Shown piece by piece: positions 1-8,662 of a stretch of DNA of 64,000 bases. The stretch comes from a bacterium (GTDB lineage: Bacteria; Hinthialibacterota; Hinthialibacteria; Hinthialibacterales; Hinthialibacteraceae): contig CAXXMV010000001.1 in NCBI GenBank assembly GCA_963662285.2, forward strand, positions 768,001 to 832,000, given 5' to 3'. The stretch's first letter is position 1. Every line of letters starts with the position of its first letter. The translations under genes and the position numbers were made by a program. Under the pieces are notes generated by a model. The model worked only from the letters and a program-made list of their open reading frames with translations, was not told the origin of the DNA and ran no database searches.

Positions 1-10
1 CTAAATCCAT

Positions 11-172
11 GTATCAGTTCAGTTATACGCATTGATAAGATAAAAACTATGTTTTACACAAAATATAGATATTAGAATTCTCCCCCCAAGCCTGGGGGGA
101 GTTAGAGGGGGGTTGAGTTTCAACCTATCAACCCCCTCCTAACCTCCCCCAGGCTTGGGGGAGGGATAAGAC
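11..172. repeat. Dispersed REP/MITE-like element, family A, copy 1 (nested G/C-run hairpins)
   Basis: Starts GTATCAGTTCA and contains CCCCCCAAGCCTGGGGGGAG...CCTCCCCCAGGCTTGGGGGAGG. Clearly homologous to the reverse complement of about 32975-33135. Confidence 0.8.
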
Positions 173-198
173 TTTTCATTCAACAAACCATTGCTAAA

Positions 199-627
199 TC
201 ATGGTCCCTCAGGTTCCTCTGTGGGAAGCGCTGCGAAAGATACATTCCACACGCCGGATTTGGCGCAGACGTCCAGGATGCCGATGGCGTACTCTAAAGC
301 AGCTTCACGGTCGCCCCGGATAATAACCGACTGATCAGGGTATTGTTTAGCGATGCGAACCAGAAGCATTTGCAGTTGGTTCATAGAAACGCTTTTCTGA
401 TTCACCAGTAATGTTCCATCAGAGCGTAAATTCACAATCAATTCGCCCAAATCCCGCTTGGGAGTTGTCGCCGAATCCGCTGTTGGAACCGTGATTGACA
501 GTTCGTTTTCTAACCGTGCGAAAACTGATGTGGTAATAAAAAATATCAATAACAGAAAGATGATGTCAATCATCGGCATCATGGGGATGATCGGATCTTC
601 CTGGGCTGTACGGGACATAAAATTCAT
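199..627 (-). CDS. exbD: Biopolymer transporter ExbD/TolR
   Basis: PMIDIIFLLLIFF N-terminal TM motif and IIRGD motif. Lies downstream of an ExbB-like gene. Confidence 0.9.
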   Translation of the reverse strand: MNFMSRTAQEDPIIPMMPMIDIIFLLLIFFITTSVFARLENELSITVPTADSATTPKRDLGELIVNLRSDGTLLVNQKSVSMNQLQMLLVRIAKQYPDQSVIIRGDREAALEYAIGILDVCAKSGVWNVSFAALPTEEPEGP

Positions 628-677
628 TTGACAGACTCCCGGTCAAATCTTAAAAAAGTTTATTCTTCAAACTGACT

Positions 678-1529
678 CTACTCTTTGGTTTCCTTGGCGG
701 TCGTCTTACGCTTGGTGCGCCGCACTGGCATTTTCGGTTCGACTAATGTCATTTGATCGGAAATTTCAACCGCAATCTCTTCCATCTCGCCAATATGAGA
801 TTGTAATTTGCCGCGAAAATAGAAGAAAAATCCCATGCATGGTATGGCCACAATCAATCCCGCAGCAGTAGTGACCAGAGCTTGCGCCACCGCGCTGGCC
901 AAAGCCACCGGTTTGACAGCGCTGATATCGAACGCGATGAAATTGAAGGCCTGGATCATTCCCAATACTGTTCCCAGAATGCCCAGCATGGGCGCAACCG
1001 TTGCTATATCAGATAGATATCTAACCTTACGCATCAGTGCATCGGCCTCACGTCGGCCAATGGCTTCCATAGAAGCGGCCGCCGATGCGGGATCATCCAA
1101 TCCGCGAGTCAAACCCGCCAGGATCACTTTGGAAAACATCCCCGAAGACCGTCGGCACAACCGGGCGATATCTTCATAACGCTTGTCTCTAAGATAATGA
1201 CGTATTTGAACCACCATATCGCGTGGAACAAGATTCTTTTGCCGAAGAGTTAAACAAAAATAGAGCACTAAAGCCAGCGCTAAAATTGACAGACCCGCCA
1301 GGATATACATCACCCAACCACCGGCAATCAGCAAATCGTAGAGCGTCATGCCCTCTTGGGAATCCATTATATCCGCCACAATCTCGCTGGTAGCCTGTTC
1401 TATAGCCGGGTTGCCAGTTTTAGCCGGATTCTCCTGCGAAAATGCAGGAATGGCGGTTGCCATTAAGGCCGCAAATAAAAGCCATCTCATTCGCATCTTA
1501 TAAGTTACGCAACTTTTCACAGTAAACAT
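678..1529 (-). CDS. exbB: MotA/TolQ/ExbB proton channel protein
   Basis: APMLGILGTVLGMI and ALVTTAAGLIVAIP motifs. The true start may be a few codons downstream. Confidence 0.9.
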   Translation of the reverse strand: MFTVKSCVTYKMRMRWLLFAALMATAIPAFSQENPAKTGNPAIEQATSEIVADIMDSQEGMTLYDLLIAGGWVMYILAGLSILALALVLYFCLTLRQKNLVPRDMVVQIRHYLRDKRYEDIARLCRRSSGMFSKVILAGLTRGLDDPASAAASMEAIGRREADALMRKVRYLSDIATVAPMLGILGTVLGMIQAFNFIAFDISAVKPVALASAVAQALVTTAAGLIVAIPCMGFFFYFRGKLQSHIGEMEEIAVEISDQMTLVEPKMPVRRTKRKTTAKETKE

Positions 1530-2043
1530 TCAATACGTTCCTCCACGCTTGCCATAATCAGTACTCACTCTGTAAACGGCACAATACTCTTATCCGGAAT
1601 TAACTCTAATATAAAGAACAGCATTCGGCAACGTCGGATGCATATAATCGCTTTATTCATTTACAAGACGAGTATAATGAAAGACTTATTCAAATCATCC
1701 TAAAATAAGTTGTATATAGATAATAGATCATATCTGTTCAATAAAAAATGTTGAATAAGTGATTAAGACCGTATTCATATAATTAATAACAATTTTCAAG
1801 AGATCACCCAAGCCTAGCCTAACATAAACGATTAATAATACTTACGAGATAAACAGCATAAACGCCAACTTATAGTGTTCATTATCTTATACGATTCATT
1901 ATAAATGATAGTTGAGATTCTTTCCCGAAAAGAATAGAATAATCCCTGCTTGAATAATATGAGATACGATATATTAGTTTGAGTAGTATTATCTTGATAT
2001 TTTCCTAATATTTTCATAATATTTTCTATAAAGAGTACTCCGA

Positions 2044-3444
2044 ATGGCTAAAGTTCAACATCTTACTCCGTCTGACAAAAGCCTTCCTAACAATTTGGAA
2101 GCGGAGAAACACGTCCTGGGCGCAATGATCCGCGACACGGATGCCATATATAAATCACAGGGCATCCTGGGTAAAGAAGCATTTTATCAGCCGGGACACC
2201 AGAAAATCTACGACGCATTGGTCGAATTAGTCTCCAGCGGTACAGCTATCGACCTGATGACCTTATCTGATTTGCTGGAAAAAAGAGGAGAAATTGAACA
2301 GGTCGGAGGAGCATTCTATCTCGCCGATTTAGTAAGCAAAGTCGCCACCACTGTCAATATTGAGTATCACGCCGCCATCGTCCGCGAAAAAGCAGTGCGA
2401 CGCCGCCTGATCCGCCAATGCACTGAAATCATTCAGGATTCTTATGATAGCGGAGATCAAGCGACTGAAATTCTATCCCGCGCAGAATCCAGCATATTCA
2501 ATATATCTCAACAACGCACCGACCGCGCTTTCGACGCCATCGGCAAACATCTGGATGCGGCTATCGAGAAAGTCCAAAATGCTCACGCCCAGCAAGGCTC
2601 GTTGACAGGTTTGGCCAGCGGATTTACTGATTTCGATCAAATGACCGCTGGTCTGCAACCATCCGACTTGATCATCCTGGCGGCGCGTCCTTCAGTCGGT
2701 AAAACCAGCCTGGTTTTGAATATCGCCGAAAACGCGGCATTAACCGGAGCTCCGGTCGGGGTATTTTCGCTTGAAATGAGCAGTGAACAGATCGCCGAAC
2801 GCGTATTATGCTCTCAAGCGCGGGTCAATCTAAAACACTTGCGTTCCGGTTTTTTCACCAAAAGAGACGCGGCTCAATTATTGCAAACCGCCAGCCGTCT
2901 CCATAGCATGCCCCTGTATATCGACGATACGCCGAACCTGACGCCCACCGAAGTATTCAGCCGTGCGCGTCGATTGAAATCCCAACAACCCAAACTGGGA
3001 TTACTCGTAATCGACTACCTTCAATTGATGTCGGGTGGAGGGCGAACCGAGAGTCGTCAGCAGGAAGTTTCTGAAATTTCACGTTCGCTTAAAATTTTAG
3101 CCCGTGACCTCAATATTCCCATAATCGCCTGTTCGCAGCTCTCCCGTGCGGTGGAAAAGCGGGACGACCACATGCCCCGGCTATCTGATCTACGCGAATC
3201 AGGCTCCATCGAACAGGATGCCGATCTGGTGGTATTTCTACACCGCGATACGCTTAAATCCGATTTTGACGAGGGCGGAGATGATGATTTAGAGGCTGGC
3301 CGGCAAATCCATTATTCATATAAACTTATTATCGGAAAACACCGAAATGGACCTATTGGAGAAATGGATATCTATTTCGCGCGTGAATACACCCGCTTCT
3401 ACGACGCCGCCCGTGAAGCCCCCGACGAAGATGTGCCGTTTTAG
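2044..3444 (+). CDS. dnaB: Replicative DNA helicase
   Basis: AARPSVGKT Walker A, IDYLQLM, SQLSR and LSDLRESGSIEQDAD motifs. Confidence 0.98.
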   Translation: MAKVQHLTPSDKSLPNNLEAEKHVLGAMIRDTDAIYKSQGILGKEAFYQPGHQKIYDALVELVSSGTAIDLMTLSDLLEKRGEIEQVGGAFYLADLVSKVATTVNIEYHAAIVREKAVRRRLIRQCTEIIQDSYDSGDQATEILSRAESSIFNISQQRTDRAFDAIGKHLDAAIEKVQNAHAQQGSLTGLASGFTDFDQMTAGLQPSDLIILAARPSVGKTSLVLNIAENAALTGAPVGVFSLEMSSEQIAERVLCSQARVNLKHLRSGFFTKRDAAQLLQTASRLHSMPLYIDDTPNLTPTEVFSRARRLKSQQPKLGLLVIDYLQLMSGGGRTESRQQEVSEISRSLKILARDLNIPIIACSQLSRAVEKRDDHMPRLSDLRESGSIEQDADLVVFLHRDTLKSDFDEGGDDDLEAGRQIHYSYKLIIGKHRNGPIGEMDIYFAREYTRFYDAAREAPDEDVPF

Positions 3445-3456
3445 GTTTTGGATTTG

Positions 3457-3516
3457 AATTATTTCTTCCCGCCCCGTGGGTGATATTTCACATGCAGTTC
3501 CTTGAACTGGCGTTCG
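3457..3516. repeat. 60-bp exact direct repeat, copy 1 (identical to the xerD 3' end)
   Basis: AATTATTTCTTCCCGCCCCGTGGGTGATATTTCACATGCAGTTCCTTGAACTGGCGTTCG is identical to 5060-5119. Confidence 0.97.
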
Positions 3517-3806
3517 CCTTTTGATTCGAGCCACTTGCGAAATGATTTTTGGCTCTCACCAGAACGTCTTCCTGCAATAATACCTTCAATACTGATATCT
3601 TCATCAAGATCGGGCCAATGAATACCTTCTCCATCTCCGATCAGCTCATAATTCTGTAATTCTTTTTCTGTGGCGTGCAGCAAGCGTGGATACCAGGCAA
3701 GGGGAACCGAAATGCTTCGGCCATCATCAAGTAGAACACGGAAGGCATTTTCAGTGAATGTGACCTCTTGGGCGTTGCATGGGTGCTCAATCGGCAAAGT
3801 ACTCAT
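3459..3806 (-). CDS. DUF2442 family protein (putative TA component) with a XerD-derived C-terminal tail
   Basis: DGRSISVPLAWYPRL...GIHWPDLDEDIS motifs. The last 18 aa, ERQFKELHVKYHPRGGKK, are identical to the XerD end. Confidence 0.9.
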   Translation of the reverse strand: MSTLPIEHPCNAQEVTFTENAFRVLLDDGRSISVPLAWYPRLLHATEKELQNYELIGDGEGIHWPDLDEDISIEGIIAGRRSGESQKSFRKWLESKGERQFKELHVKYHPRGGKK

Positions 3807-4023
3807 TCCATAACTCCAAAAATCTTATTTTGTTAAATTCTACAATTTTTTGTATCTCGCGCAACTCGTGATCTCGAAAGTGCTTTGAACGCTGCAATCT
3901 TACCGGGTCCAACCAAAATTTGGCGGTTGCCCTTTCTTTTCTGATGTGAACGTGAGGAGGTTCTTCGTGATCCGAAGCATAAAAGAAAATACGATAAGGG
4001 CCAATGTCATCGATTTTTGGCAT
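3787..4023 (-). CDS. DUF4160 family protein (putative TA partner of DUF2442)
   Basis: FFYASDHEEPPHVHI...AKFWL motif. Overlaps the DUF2442 start. Confidence 0.9.
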   Translation of the reverse strand: MPKIDDIGPYRIFFYASDHEEPPHVHIRKERATAKFWLDPVRLQRSKHFRDHELREIQKIVEFNKIRFLELWNEYFAD

Positions 4024-4066
4024 TTCACCATGTTCTCTGAGTTGGGAAGATTATCAAATCTATAAT

Positions 4067-4141
4067 TTACATCGCTCCGCATAACTGGCTGGCAATGGAG
4101 CGCAGCGGAATTGCCAGTCCGAGTTGATGCGGTTGTTAGAC
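4067..4141 (-). other. Integron attC-like recombination site with a degenerate R' box
   Basis: Minus strand reads GTCTAAC (R'') AACC GCATCAAC (L'') TCGGA CTGGCAAT TCCGCTGCGCTCC ATTGCCAG CCA GTTATGC (L') GGAGC GATGTAA. The last box has GAT instead of GTT. Confidence 0.7.
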
Positions 4142-4289
4142 AATTTCATGTTTAATTGATTATTTCAAGGTCTAGTACCCTAAATTTGACTTTGGTTCGG
4201 GGACTCATTGTGTATAGCGCCGTTGTCAACTTCTGTACGCTACCATCAACCTTGCTTGTCACCCTCAAATCAAGAAGGAAAACAAATCA

Positions 4290-4480
4290 AAGGAAACGGT
4301 AACGTATGAACACAACGGCAAAGAATACACAGACGAATATATCATAGAGGATGGCACGGTAAAAGTATTTTTAAGGGGAAGAAAAAATCGGCTCAAGTCG
4401 GCAGTCACCGTGGTAATAAAAAAGTGTTAGATCACACGCTTTTATATGAGTTGGTGATGGCGGAAGAGTCCACCGTCTAA
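4290..4480 (+). pseudogene. Possible frameshifted small hypothetical gene
   Basis: KETVTYEHNGKEYTDEYIIEDGTVKVFLRG continues as KSAQVGSHRGNKKVLDHTLLYELVMAEESTV* after a shift at the A6 run (4382-4387). No clear start. Confidence 0.3.
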
Positions 4481-4968
4481 AGATTTTTCAAGATGATAAC
4501 GATTATAATGAACACCACCACGGCAACGATGCAACCAACGTTTGAGTCTTCCGATTGATACGCCTCAACACTCTCTTTAATGCCGTCCGTTTTCGGGTCA
4601 AAAATCAAATTGACTTTGTGCTCATTAAGTTCAATCCGTTGCGTGATGGATTGCGTAATGGTGTCACGGTCTCTAATCTCTCTGAAGATAGTTGGCAAAC
4701 GCATTCTCAAGCCATCCGCCACCAATTTCTTTTCGCGGCCCAAGAAATAGTTGAGTAGTTTTTGATAGGCCACAGAGTCACCCGCCGCCAACCAACGGAA
4801 ACGATTTTCCAACGGGCCGGGCACGGTGTACTCAACCACCTTCTCATTGAGCAAATCGGTCAAACGGCTCATAACCTCTTCCTCCGGCACATCCGGGCCT
4901 ATTCTATAGGTGGTGACAGACTTGTCCCCCACGCATTGATCAATAATATATAAATATTTAAGGATCAT
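4477..4968 (-). CDS. Hypothetical protein with C-terminal TM helix
   Basis: 163-aa ORF ending GCIVAVVVFIIIVIILKNL. No family recognised. Confidence 0.6.
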   Translation of the reverse strand: MILKYLYIIDQCVGDKSVTTYRIGPDVPEEEVMSRLTDLLNEKVVEYTVPGPLENRFRWLAAGDSVAYQKLLNYFLGREKKLVADGLRMRLPTIFREIRDRDTITQSITQRIELNEHKVNLIFDPKTDGIKESVEAYQSEDSNVGCIVAVVVFIIIVIILKNL

Positions 4969-5059
4969 AGATTATCATATCATTAATGCCATCTTTTGTA
5001 TTACCAGCACTTTAACGTCCAAGTGCCCATTTATTAGTACGGAGCGCCATGTCTTTCCA

Positions 5060-5119
5060 AATTATTTCTTCCCGCCCCGTGGGTGATATTTCACATGCAG
5101 TTCCTTGAACTGGCGTTCG
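5060..5119. repeat. 60-bp exact direct repeat, copy 2 (current xerD 3' end)
   Basis: Identical to 3457-3516. Confidence 0.97.
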
Positions 5120-6009
5120 TCGAAATGGGTGTAAATCTCAGTGGTATTGATGCTGGCATGCCCCAGTAGTTGTTGTAAAACCCGGAGGTCCACCCCATTG
5201 GCCAGCAGGTGAGTGGCGAATGAGTGGCGTAGAGTATGAGGCGATAGTTTAGAATTAATTCCAGCCAACAAACCATATTTACGCAAAATTTTCCAAAATC
5301 CCATACGGCTTAATGAACGACCGAACCGGTTGACGAACAGGAAATCGCAATTGCATTTGGTGGTTAATGAAGGACGGCCCTGCTCAATATATTCCATTAC
5401 CGCTTGTTCCGCCTGATCGTGGAAAGGAACCAGGCGCTCTTTGTCGCCCTTACCAACGGTGCGCAGATACTTGAATTGAAAATTAAAATCACCCGGTCTT
5501 AAGCCCAAAAGTTCAGAGACGCGCAATCCGGTTGCATATAGTAGTTCCAACATGGCGCGGTCACGCAAGCGGAAAGCGGTATTCTCTTCACTGCTGGTCG
5601 CCTCGATCAGACGCTCCACTTCATCAATTTTCAGCGCTCCCTTAAAACGCTTGGGTGGAGAGGGAGTTCGCATCAACCTCGCCGGATCGACCTCAATATA
5701 CCCCTCCTGAGAAAGATAATTATAAAAGCGCCTGAGCGAGGAGGATTTTCTGGCTAACGAATTCTGATGCAAGCCTTTATTGCGCAGTTCTTCAAAAAAT
5801 TCCAATAGCACATTGCCCGTCACATCTTTGGGGAAAATAACCGACTGCTCTTCCAGGTAATCAATATGCTGGGCTATATCCCGCCGGTAAGCGTCAAGCG
5901 TAGCGCGGGCTGCTCCCCGTTCTAGAGATAGATAATCCAGAAACTCACGCGCATATTGATGCGCCAGAGTCGGGGTCAAGTTCTTAGCGGGTGACCGGGT
6001 ATCAGCCAT
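5062..6009 (-). CDS. xerD: Site-specific tyrosine recombinase XerD
   Basis: RDRAMLELLYATGLRVSEL, GKGDKERLVP, SPHTLRHSFATHLL, LLGHASINTTEIYTH and a terminal HPR. No IntI-specific insertion. Confidence 0.9.
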   Translation of the reverse strand: MADTRSPAKNLTPTLAHQYAREFLDYLSLERGAARATLDAYRRDIAQHIDYLEEQSVIFPKDVTGNVLLEFFEELRNKGLHQNSLARKSSSLRRFYNYLSQEGYIEVDPARLMRTPSPPKRFKGALKIDEVERLIEATSSEENTAFRLRDRAMLELLYATGLRVSELLGLRPGDFNFQFKYLRTVGKGDKERLVPFHDQAEQAVMEYIEQGRPSLTTKCNCDFLFVNRFGRSLSRMGFWKILRKYGLLAGINSKLSPHTLRHSFATHLLANGVDLRVLQQLLGHASINTTEIYTHFDERQFKELHVKYHPRGGKK

Positions 6010-6659
6010 TACGCCATGATTTCCTGTAAATAGGGATTATTGCGCCGTTCTTCTCCAACCGTAGTAGTCGGTCCATGTCCGGGATAAACAATAATATCAT
6101 CATTCAACACCAGTATTTTATCGCGGATCGACTGAGTTAATTTAACATGCGAACCGCCGGGTAAATCGGTTCGCCCGACCGTATCCTTAAATAAGGCGTC
6201 ACCGGTAAAAAGATGGTTATCGAGTAAAAAAGATACGCTTCCGGGACTATGTCCGGGGGTATGTAGAACTTTTATGGTTAAACCTTCAAAATCAATCTCA
6301 TCGCCATCATCGAGCAATTTATCGGCAGGCGGCGCCAAAACCGGCTCCCCGAAAATGCCTGACAGATTGGCTCGCGCATCAGAGAGCATAAGTTCTTCAT
6401 CCCGGTGAATAGCGATTTTCAAGTCAAATTGATCCTTCATGAATCCAATTGCTCCAATATGATCGCCATGCCCATGAGTCAGGATAATCCATGAAGGTTT
6501 TAAATTAAGTTCCTTTATAGTTTTAACAATAGTCGGCCCTTGCTCTCCCGGATCGATAATCAGGGCTTTTTTACTCTCCTTGAGATATATGATATAACAG
6601 TTGGATTGCAGCTTTCCAACTGGAATTTGGATAATTTCTATTTGCGCGGCTTGTGACAT
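6009..6659 (-). CDS. MBL-fold metallo-hydrolase (glyoxalase II/YcbL-like)
   Basis: THGHGDH, HTPGHSPG, FTGD and PGHG motifs. Translationally coupled to xerD. Confidence 0.92.
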   Translation of the reverse strand: MSQAAQIEIIQIPVGKLQSNCYIIYLKESKKALIIDPGEQGPTIVKTIKELNLKPSWIILTHGHGDHIGAIGFMKDQFDLKIAIHRDEELMLSDARANLSGIFGEPVLAPPADKLLDDGDEIDFEGLTIKVLHTPGHSPGSVSFLLDNHLFTGDALFKDTVGRTDLPGGSHVKLTQSIRDKILVLNDDIIVYPGHGPTTTVGEERRNNPYLQEIMA

Positions 6660-6715
6660 TTAATTGATTACCTTTCAATAAAATAAATTGATGTTTGAAG
6701 TTGGTAAATACACTA

Positions 6716-6746
6716 TAAAAAACGCCGCTCTAAAATTAAAGCGGCG
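6716..6746 (-). terminator. Rho-independent terminator
   Basis: CGCCGCT/AGCGGCG stem with a T6 tract on the minus strand, after the pilin-like gene. Confidence 0.6.
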
Positions 6747-6778
6747 CTTGAAATATTATTAAATTAAATTCGGTTAGA

Positions 6779-7381
6779 TTACAGACTGCCATACCGGATA
6801 ATTTCACCCAGACTGAACACGCCGTTTGTAGGATCATACTCGACCATTCCCAGCCGGTTTTTCTTATTGGAATTTCTTTCACCGCCTTCATCATTCCAAT
6901 CAGTTTGATCTGGGCCAATGCTTTTTACATACCAATAACGATTCACTGAAACGTATCCGGTGTTACTGCCGGAGGAGGCTATCCCTATATCTTGGTTAAT
7001 TCGGTTGAGGGTCGGTTGAAATTCTTCCCGATCAGGAGTGAGGTGTCCATAACCTAAATATTGATCAGCATAATAACCGCCATATCCTCTTAAACCATCC
7101 TTAAAACGATCTACAGGATCAAAGTTTACCAGTTGAGTATTTACCAATCGTCTTAGAGGATTAGGAGAAACCGGAGAATAAGGAGGATCAAGGAAATGGT
7201 TATAATCAACTTTATATTGGACAAGCCCCATCTCGACCTGGCGCAGTAAAGAGGCTACGTCGGCTGTTTCAGCGCGTGCTTTAGCTTCCATATAGCCGGG
7301 CACAGCTATAGCTACAAGAATTGAAGCAATCCCAGCAACTAATAATAATTCCACAGCAGAAAATGCAGGTTTAATGGGCAT
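6779..7381 (-). CDS. Prepilin-type N-terminal cleavage/methylation domain protein (pilin/pseudopilin-like)
   Basis: AFSAVELLLVAGIASILVAIAVP, SIGPD and YDPTNG..S.G motifs. ATG at 7381 follows GGAGGT. Confidence 0.8.
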   Translation of the reverse strand: MPIKPAFSAVELLLVAGIASILVAIAVPGYMEAKARAETADVASLLRQVEMGLVQYKVDYNHFLDPPYSPVSPNPLRRLVNTQLVNFDPVDRFKDGLRGYGGYYADQYLGYGHLTPDREEFQPTLNRINQDIGIASSGSNTGYVSVNRYWYVKSIGPDQTDWNDEGGERNSNKKNRLGMVEYDPTNGVFSLGEIIRYGSL

Positions 7382-7738
7382 ACCTCCCCTCCCCGGGAAA
7401 GCTGATAAAAACACCTACAGCTAACCTACAGGGTTTAGCTTATAGAAAAAAACGCTGATGTCAAGAGTATTTTTTTCTATCCATTTACACAACCTACAGA
7501 AACATTATAGCAGATGATTGAATCATTTGGAATACATATCATAAAAATATCCAATCACTTATATCTATATAATGGTTTATATAATAATATTATGCATCCC
7601 TTAAAATCCGGAAAAAACGTTATTTCAGATTACAAAACATGATACTAAACTAACATAGTTTTAAGGACTACTCAAGTTTTTTCTTGAAATTTTCTTAAAT
7701 TTATTTAATTCTTCTTAAATTCAATACACTCATGTTCA

Positions 7739-8644
7739 CTATTCTTCTATAAAGCCAAAGTCGCGAAGACGATCTTTATGTTTTCTCCATTGGTCGCTAA
7801 CCTTAACCCATAATTTCAAAAACACCTTACTATCAAGTAATTTTTCAATTTCCAGCCGTGAATTAGTACTAATGGTTTTTATCATTTCTCCTTTTTTGCC
7901 AATGATAATTCTTTTCTGAGTCTCCCGCTCAACATGCAATACGGCTTCTATGGCATGCAGACCATCAGGGCGCTCTTTCATGCTTTCAATTTGAACGGCA
8001 AGCGAATAGGGGATTTCCTGCTTCAATTGGAGGAAGGCCTGTTCCCGGATGATCTCTTCGACAAAAAAGCGTTGCGTTCTATCACTTAGCTGATTGGATG
8101 GATAAAATTTAGGACCTTCTGAGAGTGAATCAATGATTTGTTCCAACAGGTGATCAACGCCGCCGCCGTCTAATGCAGAGATATAAAATAATTGTGAAAT
8201 GGCTGGTAAATCGATTCCCTCAAGCCCCTTATCCAAATCAGCGCGTAAATCGAGGGGAACGGCGTCCATTTTATTGAAAAGAACAAATAGCGGAACAGGT
8301 AAATCGTTAAGCACCTTCGAAGCGATTACCCGTTCTCTCTTGGTAACGCCTTTTATGCCATCAATTAACCAAACCACTACATCCGAATCAGCCAGCGCCC
8401 TTCCAGCTTCACGCATCATAAATTCATGCATAGCGTCATCGGGTTCAAGCAAACCGGGAGTATCTTGAAACACAATTTGCACATCATCCCGGTCATAGAT
8501 GCCGAAAATACGGTGCCGAGTGGTTTGAGGTCTTGGAGTGACCGCCACTAGTTTTGTTTCAAGTATCTTGTTTAAGAGAGTAGATTTACCCGCATTGGGT
8601 CTACCGATAAGCGCTACGTATCCTGATTTATGTCCTGGATTCAT
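7739..8644 (-). CDS. era: GTPase Era
   Basis: GRPNAGKSTL, PQTTR, DTPG, NKMD and KH-domain IIIGKKG motifs. Confidence 0.97.
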   Translation of the reverse strand: MNPGHKSGYVALIGRPNAGKSTLLNKILETKLVAVTPRPQTTRHRIFGIYDRDDVQIVFQDTPGLLEPDDAMHEFMMREAGRALADSDVVVWLIDGIKGVTKRERVIASKVLNDLPVPLFVLFNKMDAVPLDLRADLDKGLEGIDLPAISQLFYISALDGGGVDHLLEQIIDSLSEGPKFYPSNQLSDRTQRFFVEEIIREQAFLQLKQEIPYSLAVQIESMKERPDGLHAIEAVLHVERETQKRIIIGKKGEMIKTISTNSRLEIEKLLDSKVFLKLWVKVSDQWRKHKDRLRDFGFIEE

Positions 8645-8662
8645 TTGGTTTAATGGCCTTAA

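Larger units (their letters stand above)
3457..5119. mobile_element. Small genomic islet inserted in the xerD 3' end, flanked by 60-bp direct repeats
   Basis: Perfect repeats 1603 bp apart enclose a TA pair, an attC-like site and orphan genes. No mobility gene inside. Confidence 0.75.

Noticed and set aside
1530-2043. AT-rich region upstream of dnaB as oriC
   Set aside because: No TTATCCACA-type DnaA box cluster was found. The 61-aa ORF there looks spurious.
5062-6009. Recombinase as an integron integrase for the nearby attC
   Set aside because: It lacks the IntI-specific insertion and has the typical XerD length, motifs and HPR terminus.
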